A stretch of 63,196 bases of DNA, counting the filler, from Perkinsus chesapeaki ATCC PRA-425 (Eukaryota > Protista > Perkinsozoa): assembly GCA_013115145.1 (NCBI GenBank). It is 6 parts of 6 records of this genome, joined end to end, with 100 filler letters (N's around TTAATTAATTAA, not from the genome) between each part and the next. Parts side by side here need not be neighbours in the genome. Positions count along the whole stretch, not along the records: positions 27,936 to 43,190 come from JAAPAO010000730.1; positions 43,291 to 56,603 come from JAAPAO010000793.1; 4 more parts are not named here. One strand, 5' to 3'. Within the stretch, counting starts at the first letter, position 1, and every line of letters starts with the position of its first letter. This document shows positions 33,544 to 44,116 of the stretch, one piece after another. The notes under the pieces were generated by a model, which was not told where the DNA came from, searched no databases, and saw only the letters and a list, made by a program, of their open reading frames with translations. The translations under genes were made by a program, and so were the position numbers.

Positions 33544-34902
33544 TATTTCGAAATCAAATACTGCAAGAAGTAAAAACCAGCATTCGGAAAGTTACGCAAC
33601 TATCTTATTGTTGACGCGGAGCTACTACTGAAAACTTCTAAGCGAGATTGATGCTGTATCTGGAGAGTAATCGATCGGAGGATGTTCGTTAACCGTTTCA
33701 AGCCTTAAAGATACTTCGCACAGAAATTATTTCCAGCGAGTATATCGTTACCTGCTGCAGTTCTCTGCTACATTTGATGCACCTCGGTAGACACCCCCGT
33801 CTAGTCGTTTTCCTGGCCATGCCCATTGGCTATCAGTTACACTCATAAGAGCTAGACTTAGAAAGACATATGGACCGTACCAAAGCTGGACATGCTTATG
33901 ACATATATACCAAGAACCATTGCATGGCATGGTCACACAGGAAGACAGGACCCAGCTTTGTAGCCACCGCCGCTCAGGATATAGTATAGCGTAACTGATG
34001 AATTGTTTTGATTGAAGCTCACGATCTCACGGAAGGAAGCCACGGAGTAGTACTACATAACTCTGTCCGGATCAACCCGGATGATCTCTGTCACTGTTCG
34101 GGTCTTGGGACATGCGCACTCGGGAGAAACTATGTAGCTCGGCGACTTCAGGTTGCTAGACGGCATGGAGCTAACATGTTTGATACATGAGATTTCTAGC
34201 GCATGATACCAGCAAGCATCAATTGTTGATGACAACGATCATCACCACCACCATAGTGTATCGGTATAGTGGCACTATACCGATACACATGGTTATCCAT
34301 CGTTGAAGTGCGATCTCAAACCTGTAATAAATCTTTTAAATCACTGACGTGCTTCTCTTCAATGTATCCACGTATAGCATCTTCTCTGGGACACTCGGTG
34401 TTACACAACACGCTTATCGTGAAAGTTAGAGAATTCAATGTAAGCTTGATGCCCTTTGCTCATCGATCTAAAATTAAAGGTCGTGCCAAAGAGGATCAGC
34501 CAGTATGGTTATAACCTATAGAACGCTAGTACTACGTAGTACGACTACGCTACTACTAAGTATACGTCCGTCACCCGCACCATCCGAGCCCAGATGACTG
34601 CACAAGCGTGTATAGATACGGAATACACTCGCTGCTGGCCGTTACTGTCAAACGTGCTCGGAGGAAAGTCCTGCTTCCCACCGCCTTCTGTAGTTATTTG
34701 ATGTATCAAAGAGTGAATTAATACATGAGCATCCAATTGTTCGTTGGGTCAGTAATTCGGCTACTGTAGGCAAACGCATATCAAGCATCCTTCTGAGAGA
34801 TAGGATATATGAATGTGGTTAATCATGAGTGATATGAACAGACATGGAGTTATATATGAATAAATAGTTCTGGATTAATATACGTTGGGCAAAGTGGGCT
34901 CA

Positions 34903-37900
34903 TCACAGCGGAGGAACAGTCGTAGTTGAGCAACGGCAGGGCACGTCACTCGCGTAGCAAACAGGAGGGTCTAGCCAGTACTTGCAGTAGGAGGCTGGAC
35001 GAATCGCTCGGCAACCAGTATCACAGTCGGCAACGAACTCCGTGGTTGCACTTGTTGTAGTAGTGATAGTGATAATATCGCCAGTAATGGTGCTTACAGT
35101 AGTGGTCGAGCTGCCACCGCCTCTGCCGTCATCGCCGTCGGTAGTTGAGGTGACACTCGCCTCACGAAGCACCTTGATCAACGAGGGCCTCAACTCCATA
35201 CCGAAGTTAACAGGAACACTGCCACCGAAAACGCAGAAGCCACCGCATCCTCCGACACCGATGCCCCCAATCTCGAAGCCAAGTAGAACATTAGCAACTC
35301 GACGTGGAGAGTCCTCAACCGAGATGACGACGAACCCAACTTGATCAACTATCATTATGGCCATCCACCCTTCACTCTCCTGAGGCTCGAACACTCCGCC
35401 TAGCGGATCTATCCAAGACTGCTCGTCGGCGCTCAAGAATGCACACTTGAGCTCGTAAGAGTCACCAACCGGCTTCCATAGCAAGTACCGTAGATTGTTG
35501 GGACCCACGAGACCATCACCACCACAGCTGACTATGCCAAGATCTAGAGTAGCGGGCTCGCTTGGGGTTGCGACAGCAGTGAGCTCGGTGTGTCCGGGAG
35601 GGAAATCAAACTCTACAAAAGCTTCACCATCGTCGAGCACCACTCGTTTCGTGCCCCAGGAAGATCCCTCCTCGAAGATCTCGACAGTTACAATTAAACC
35701 GTTCTCTTCGCCATTTACAATACCAGCAGAGTCCAATGCCACCACGCGAAGGGTTCTGTTACCACCTGCATTAGAGATAGAGGTCTCGTTACCCGTCAAA
35801 ACAACATCAACCGCCTGGCTGCCCCTAACAGTCCGCTCAAAATCGCCTCCCGGGCCCTCAACGTATTCCAAGCCGAGCTTAACGATATCTTGCCAGTTCG
35901 CACCGGGACTCACATCACGATACCATAGACCACCACCGCAGCCGCAACAACTAACGTTAGCAGGTGTAGTAGCAGCAACGTCCATGAAGTTACCCCATAG
36001 GATATACCAGCCGATACCAGTTAGACCAGCAGAAGTGCAAAGAGCGCCCGCCACATAGTCTGCGCAGGTCCTTCCATCAGCATCAAGCCAATTAGGGTCC
36101 TCTTGACACCACGCGTCTTGGTCATCATCAGCAACTCCCATGTAAGGAACAGTGAGAGAGAAGTTAACCGCGACAGACGATAGTGGCGGAACGACGACAG
36201 TTTCTGACTTGACCTTCGGGATGAAAATGAGTGTCTGCGCACCATAGGTGTTAATGTGTTCCATCACATTGTAACCTTCCTTACCGTCGAAGCCTTCAAT
36301 ACCAACAGCAATGTTTTTACGATACGCTGGATTGGGAAGAATCACATGAAGGAGATCTATACGGCCGTTAGGGAAAACTTGAGCTTCCATCATAATTGGA
36401 TACCAGCTGCCGCCAGCCTCAACTTCAAGACCATTCCATTCAACAACCAATACCCGCAACTTATAATCGGTGAGGTAGGTGATATTGCATACCTCAACAG
36501 CGCATCTCGTGGCAGCTGCTTCGGTCCAGTATGGAGCAATAACACCGTTAGGCTGGTCAACCGAAGGAATGCGCGGAGGGGATGTAAGGGGTCCAGATGA
36601 GAACGGTGGTAGCTCGATGAAACCGTTGCAAGCAATACGCACAGTATCCACGTCGACGCCGAAGAAAGGGAAAGACTGGCCAAGCGTGAGATTAAAGTAA
36701 TCACCACCTACACAGTTGGACAGAATCCGTTGCCCAACCATGTATGCCTCCGGGATGTAACCGTATCCATGAGGTTGGAGAGGTACCGTCACATAGTCGA
36801 CGGCGCCTTCGAACATGTACTCAGCCTGTCTAGAGATAACTTTAGTTTTGAGCTCATACGGAGATGGGTTCTCAATAACTGCACCAGATGGAGCGTGCCT
36901 TAGCCCGACAGGGATATAGTCTACCATATTATCAGCTGTGAGGTTAGATATACGCAAAGTTGACGGAGATACAGACGCTCTGACCTCCAGAGCTGAGCAG
37001 TTCGGGCTAAGCCCATCTACCATGAACGATACAGGGCCGGGAGCGAAAACTTCTAATGAAAGTTGCACGCTGACCGACTGGCCTTCCGAGACTACCACCG
37101 GGCCACCTGGAGATAAGACTTGGAGCGGAGGCGACCATGGTAGTAGACGAGCTGGGTCGACGACAAAGTCCTCGCCGTAAGCGTTGGTAATGCTGAAATT
37201 GAAAGTACCTGTAGTAGCACAATCATCGGGTCATCGTACAGTACGTGGAGAGTAATTTACCAGTTGCGCCGACCATCAGGTCTCCGAATTCAATCGCCGA
37301 AACCGAAGTCTGGCATAAACCGGGAGGCGGAGTAGCCCGCAGTCGAATGTCGACTTCTGCGGCCCCCTCACCAATGACACCTTTCAAGTCGTACCTGAAC
37401 ACCGAGGGATGACCACTATCTGCTACACGCTTGGACGTACTCTCGGTAACCAATAGCTGGCGGCGCGAAAATACATAACTGCAGATCGGCAGAGGATGTC
37501 GGGGCCAGCCGCACGTCATCGACACACTCTTCGTCTCTCCAGACGGAAAGAGCCCTGAAGAAGTGAATGCACGTGTGTCCCCGAAGAAGAAGAAGTCTCA
37601 CCCGTTGAGCCAGTTAGCATCACCGACAACTGCATGCATTGCGGCGTAAGCATCAACTCGGCCATATGCAGTCCAGCCTGTCGCATTAGCAGAAGTTATA
37701 ATTGCTGCGGCAACCTCATCGTAGCGCAGGGGGAATGGATGTCGTGCTGAAATGGGACATTGCTAGGGAGGGAGTAAGGTAAAGTAAGATACCTCCAATC
37801 AGGACTGCAGCCAGACCGGCCACGTGGGCAGCCGATGCGCTGGTGCCATTGTACAGACTGTATCCGATGGGTGAAGTTGTTGTGATGACATCGACTCCAG

Positions 37901-39685
37901 GCGCCGATACATCGACGACAACTAGAACCACAATAGCGCTTATCAGAACTCGGAGACTTACTTGGTCCGTAATTTGAAGACCCCCATCGACTTCCATCCA
38001 TTCTATGGGCGGCAACACAGAGGACGTTGGTAGAGTTGAAGCCGCAGGGGTAACTCCCTCCAGCCCCATCTATATCCTGGCCATCGTTACCAGCAGCTGC
38101 GACTATGAGATGGCCGTGGGCTTCGGCACGGTCAACGGCAACGTGGAAGACAGCGGAGTAAGACTTAGTGAACCACGTAGCAGTACTGACTGCCACTTCT
38201 TTGTCGATAGCATAATCGACTGCTCTAAGAGCATCACTCAGCCTGCCAGTGGAGTCATAGTCAAACACCTTCAGAGGTAATATTCGGGCAAAAGGATAAC
38301 CAACACCAAAGATGCCTTCACCATTGAAGCCTTTAGCGGCGATGACACCTGCCGTAAGACTTGAGCGAACATTATGGCGCATGGCTGCCTACCGGCGCAT
38401 TGCGTGCCGTGCCCGTTGTTGTCCATTACGTTGGCGTTCTCGTGTACAAAGTTCCAACCGCGAACCTATGTACCGGAATTCAGGGATTGCGGCATACAAA
38501 TTCCTTACATCGTCAACATATCCATTCACATCGTCATCGACCATGTACTCAGCGCCCATTGCCAGCTCGCCTTCATTTTCATATATAGTCTCAGCCAGAT
38601 CAGGGTGACCATAATCAACACCTTGCAAACAAGTCATCCAGCAGAAGAGCTATAGATTAGCATACCAGAATCGATTAGAGCGACGGTGATGTAGGGGTGA
38701 TCGCTCTCACAGCATGGCTCGGTGCTAGACGCACGCTCGGCAACGACTTGTTTGACGCCCATATCTTCGAGGCTCCACTGTTGTCCATAGTATCTAAGCG
38801 CAGCGAGCTGCTGAGAATTGTGATAATCAGTCTTACGTGTCATTTGATGGAGACTCAGTAGAGAGGGCTCGTAAGGTATGCGATAATAACTCTATGGGAA
38901 AATCCTTCTCGGCGAGAATTCCCATACCAGTCATTTGCGTTATGAAGGGGGACCTGACAACAAGTCAAGAAAGAGTCTTGTACTGCATCCTACGCGTCAT
39001 TGGTTCCCTGGATTTCAAGAACACCGAGCTCCAGCATTGGGAGCTGGTACAGTGTGGTCGTGTAGTTCACCGGGATGGACAAGTTCGCGTCAACATCGAA
39101 GTCGGTGGGTGCACTCGACAAGCTGAGCCGACACAGGTAAAGCAGTCTACTAGCGAATGTGTCTCACTCAAAAATAATCCGGCACTTATCAGCGGACGGA
39201 CCACCGGGGTTGGGAGGGCCCTAAAATTGTTGATGACAATGATAGTATTGGCGCTCGGTGCACCTGGGCATATCCGGGAGCCTGGCCTACACGAAAAGCG
39301 CGGTCGATAGAAGGATGAACCTAAGTCAAATGTAAGATATCAGAGCACCAATGCAGTCGGTCTACATGCGCCAGTGTGTGCATGTCGTGGACACTTAAAT
39401 AGCGGGAGATGTCGTCGAAGTCTAGAATCTCATAACCAGTACCAGTGTTCTCGACGCTGAAATTGTAGCATGCCACCGGCCCACTTTCATTGGCACGTGA
39501 ATAAAACCTATTAGATAATAATCATAATACGTGAGCGCAACTTACATTGTCTTTGTAATAGGCTTGGGGGCGGAGTTGATGAATTGGGAGACAGAAAGTT
39601 TTCGAACTGGTGACTTCGCCGTTGCTGCACGTGGTCCAAAGATGAGGGATATACATAATAAGGTTATCAAGTCGAGAAATAGCAT
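34903..39685 (-). CDS. Secreted multidomain subtilisin (peptidase S8): signal, prodomain, S8, Ig-like repeats, NIDO-like beta domain, CCxCGGG module, Thr linker, C-terminal SYCKYW module
   Basis: Signal MLFLDLITLLCISLIFGPRAATA (ATG 39685). Spliced catalytic motifs ALIDSG|VDYGHPDL, DD|VRGWNF..DNNGHGTQCA|GVIAA, AAAGND, YPC, SNYG, VDVSAPG and GTSASAAHVAG (Ser codon 37839-37841). The last exon is an uninterrupted segment of about 2.2 kb ending at the stop 34903-34905. Confidence 0.9.
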
Positions 39686-39986
39686 GGTTAAATCCGGTAT
39701 TCCGGAGGAATCTGACAAGACAAGGTGTTGAGTCTCTTTCACAGCCTCACAATGGTCGGGTATTGGGTTCGCAGCAAGATTTCAGATGGTAACGGCCGAC
39801 GCGTGAGCGGTATCTTTCCGTTACACTCGAACCGCACGAAAGATTCTCCGAAGATATGCGCGAGCAACGCGCGCGTGTGGCGCATTTGAGCCTGGGGCAC
39901 GAAGACTAGAGTAAGTTATATAAAATACTATCGAGCTACCGCTTCAAGGCATGAATCTTTTTCATAGTCTAATCTTTAATCCTAGT
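39686..39986. promoter_or_regulatory. Candidate bidirectional promoter between the subtilisin and mucin B
   Basis: Divergent ATGs about 300 bp apart. Contains a CpG-rich gcgcgagcaacgcgcgcg tract and a TATA-like ttatataaaa near 39916-39925. Confidence 0.45.
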
Positions 39987-41685
39987 ATGAGTTACGACGT
40001 CATCGCTCTAGTCTGCGCTCTGACCTGCGTTACTTCAGTGGGAGCAACCACTGCAGCCTGTGACGCTGAGTGTGCCCTAACCCATCCGGGGTCGTATTGT
40101 AAATACTGGCAAACACCAAGTGTCTGCTTTGGCTCGAATGCAAGGTGTTTCTGTGACACAGGCTTTCTGACGGCTACTCCTGTGAACTGTGATACTGGCT
40201 GTGCTGCTGAGACTCCAGGCTCCTACTGTAAATACTGGAAGACGCCAAGCGTCTGCCATATGTCAAACATTCCTTGTACTTGTGAGGCGAGTACTGTTCC
40301 TGTCACCACGACATCATTTAGCACACAAGAAACGGCGACTACTATAAGTGGGACTACTGCCACAACAATATCGACAATTATTTCTACCCTGACGAGCCGC
40401 ACGCCTCCTTCGACTACCATGACTGAGCCAAGTGCCACGAGCAGTATGAATGCAACAGCACCTGAATCTACTAGTGGCGTCCCGTCGTCCACAGATGTCC
40501 AGATTACGACCTTGCAGGTTTCTACCTCAGATTTTACTACCACTTTCAGCTCAACTGACCTCACAACGGTCAATACCAGTACAAGTGCTACAACTGAGGT
40601 GACCACCGTGAGCGGAACACCTACGACTTCCGCCGTGTCTACTAGAACAATCCCGTCGACGACAGAGGGTCAGGTCACTACAGTTGGCACGACTGCAGCC
40701 GTGTCTACCAGCACAATCCNNNNNNNNNNNNNNNNNNNNNNNNNNNNNNNNNNNNNNNNNNNNNNNNNNNNNNNNNNNNNNNNNNNNNNNNNNNNNNNNN
40801 NNNNNNNNNNNNNNNGCGGTGTCTACCAGAACAATCCCGTCTACGACAGAGGGTCAGGTCACTACAGTTGGCACGACTGCAGCCGTGTCTACCAGCACAA
40901 TCCCGTCGACGACAGAGGGTCAGGTCACTACAGTTGGCACGACTGCAGCCGTGTCTACCAGCACAATCCCGTCGACGACAGAGGGTCAGGTCACTACAGT
41001 TGGCACGACTGCAGCCGTGTCTACCAGCACAATCCCGTCGACGACAGAGGGTCAGGTCACTACAGTTGGCACGACTGCCGAGGGATCGACTGCCCCCGAT
41101 AGTACATCCGCAGCCATTACAACAACATCTACAGCATTGACTACTACAGGTGCTCGGATTAGCACAAGCCGATCCACTAGTATCCCAGCCACCACAGTGA
41201 ACATGACCACCACTACCAGTACAACCAGGTCAACATCTGTCACGTCGGTTCAATCCACATCAGAGCCGAGGGAAGAGACGACATCGTTTACGGCAATAGC
41301 TCCGACCAGTAGTGCCTCCTCTGCCACAAGTATGACCGAATCTACAACGGCTGCTACCCGGACGGGAAGTGCGTCGTTCAGTACTTCGGCTGGAGAATCC
41401 TCGACTGCTATTTCCGTGACTACTGGCAGTGCTCCGGCAGTCGAGTCCTCGAGTCCAGGTACTTCTTCGGCTCTCGCGCTTACTACCGAAACAACTGGCG
41501 AGCTGATTGTTAGCTCATCGACTACAGTCAGGTCTGAGGTTACAAATGATGCCACCACCTCAGTAAGTGCGACGCCGACCACCAGTACAACAACCATTAG
41601 TTCGCCTGAGCTTATTACTGGAGTCATACCGGTTAGTACGTCTGACATCGAACCCGCTCTACGAGATGGTACAGATGAATCATAG
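39987..41685 (+). CDS. Secreted mucin-like protein B with two N-terminal six-Cys SYCKYW modules and 22-aa tandem repeats (spans N gap)
   Basis: Signal MSYDVIALVCALTCVTSVGA (an in-frame ATG also exists at 39951). Modules at about 40059-40154 and 40188-40283, then a Thr/Ser stalk continuing across the gap 40720-40815 to the stop at 41683-41685. Confidence 0.88.
40632..41078 (+). repeat. 66-bp coding tandem repeat (AVSTSTIPSTTEGQVTTVGTTA)n, at least 5 visible copies plus gap
   Basis: Near-identical 66-bp units on both sides of the N gap. Confidence 0.95.
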
Positions 41686-43190
41686 CTAGTCACGTGTCTT
41701 GAGCAGAGATGATAACCGACTCCGGTGAATGTCCTAACATTGAAATCTGCTAACGTATGACTAACCCTGAAGCAACTCGTAGCACGCTTTCTTTATTTTA
41801 ATGCAGCATGACTTTGTGAATTGTGTAGAGCATGCACTATCAAGTGTTTTGAGTTGTTATCAGTACGAGAACCACCTCGAGAGATATTGAAGTGTTAAAA
41901 GAGATCGCATAAAACTGTACTACACGCTTAGGTTGGTCGAAACCATACCGGAGAACCTCAGCGTATCGCGAGGTGTTTCGGTCATGCCTTTGGACATGTA
42001 AACTATGACGAAGCCGCCTACTATCGACGACTTTTATTTCGATAAAGCCTGTAAGCAGCTTCGATTTTTGGCATAACACCTTGCTGCCACGCGAAATACT
42101 TGTGATAAAGATGCAACAGAAAAGGATAAGTCAGTACGTTCCTCTAGGGCGAAATTCGGTACTACCGAATCGGTAGTCTCAGCAGCCATGGAAGGCTGTG
42201 AATATTGACCGCCAGTCTAGGCATACAACCGCCTCCAAATCCGGAGCCTCGACGTAACGCCGGTAGACAGACTCTGTCTGACAGAGATCACAGTGTTCGC
42301 CCATTTAAGCCCGGCCGTTCGACTCGGGGTTGAGCTCACGTCGCGCGGTTGGAATCTGCCCGCGAGCTACATGTAGCAGTTACCGTGCAGATGGTTGAAA
42401 AGGCTGGTTGTCTAATACCCCTTTGAGGAATCTAGGACTTGCCGAAGTCAGCCCGGAGGACAGTTCCAGAAGTGTTTGTATGACAGAACTCCGTGATAAC
42501 AGACAAACGATATTTCAAGACCACGATAGGTCCCCTGAGCTTTTGGTACTAAACAGCAGCCGGCGAGTCCTTATTATATTTTTTGCCGAATAGGTTAGAA
42601 AAGACTGATCATCTCGGTGTAGTATGGAGTGCCAGGCGCACTAGGGTGAAAGAACCTGTCTTTCTGCTGCCCTCAGATATATGAAGCTTGCTAGAGTTCT
42701 CCGAGCGCCACGCGTTCGACTAGCCCTGTCCGAATGAGCGGCTTTAACTCATTTTCTCAATGCATTGAAGCTCGGAGTATGACTAGCGCGGATATCATTG
42801 AAGTGTAGTTCTCCCTCAGTACGACCCCAGTCTAGGTAAACTCACCCTCTACGACGGTCGGCAGTTATACGTCATCCTTCGCTACGGATGGTAACGCACA
42901 AGGTGAATCGATAGAGAGCCTCTGCTCCACTCACCACCCAATTCGCGATTTCCGTGCATTAGGAAAATTAGACCTTATGTCGGCGGCGCCGAGAGACATA
43001 CACACAACCATTCAAAGTCGAATCGCGATCTCTCGTTTGTGGTAATCATGAGGACTCTCAGTAGTACTGAGTCGGTAACTTCCCACATTTCATTCAGCTA
43101 ACAAGCTTATGATGTGTCTTGGAAAGCACTGGTGCTTGGAGGTACAGTTCGAGCCGGAGTCGGTTCCTTGTCCTGTCCCATTGTGTTATA

Positions 43191-43290
43191 NNNNNNNNNN
43201 NNNNNNNNNNNNNNNNNNNNNNNNNNNNNNNNNNTTAATTAATTAANNNNNNNNNNNNNNNNNNNNNNNNNNNNNNNNNNNNNNNNNNNN
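43191..43290. other. Artificial scaffold linker
   Basis: 44N-TTAATTAATTAA-44N. Confidence 0.97.

Positions 43291-43344
<54 letters not shown>
43291..43344. repeat. (ATT)n microsatellite, about 18 units, at the scaffold edge
   Basis: Direct reading of the sequence. Confidence 0.95.
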
Positions 43345-43364
<20 letters not shown>

Positions 43365-43399
43365 ATTAGATATTTATGCGGCATATCAGCAGTTATATG

Positions 43400-44084
43400 T
43401 ACATTTATAGCATTAATAATATCAACAACATTAACAACAACAAGAAGAAGAACACGTTAATGCTGCTGCTCTGTGTAATAAATAGTAGTATATTTTTTTA
43501 TAATTATTACTAATAATATCATTATGTATTATTAGTAGGTATATTATGTGGTGATAGTAAGTATCAAGAGTAAAATGATGATGAAATAGTAGTACTAGTA
43601 GTAGTAGTACATAATTTATATATTATTAATTATTATAACATGTTGTTGTTCTTTATTATTATGACAAAATCAAATGACGGAACTATTAGTTTATTATTAT
43701 AATGAAGATGATGATGTTGTAAATTAATAATAATCTACCTTATTGTTGTAAATTGAAAGGGGAAGGAGGAGGAAGGCTAACATTACAATCAAGTCTTGTA
43801 ATAATAATAATTATTATGTTATCTAATAATAATATGATGATAAATGATTGTAATAATAAAGATGATGATGCCATACTATCTATCATTAAAATAAACAATA
43901 ATAATAAACGAGATTATAACGAGAATATATCATCACCACCACAGTCGCATCATCATCACCATGGCCGTCGTAGTGGAAGTAGCAGTATTTTATTATTAAT
44001 AATTATATTGATAAGTATAATATGTTTGATTATATCATTATTATCAACCAAGTAATAATACATTCATACTACTACTACTACTAC

Positions 44085-44116
<32 letters not shown>

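Noticed and set aside
42120-42600. Possible non-LTR reverse transcriptase relic (RADFGKS, RGIRQ)
   Set aside because: Motif spacing is wrong, there are multiple stops, and no YADD-like motif is present.
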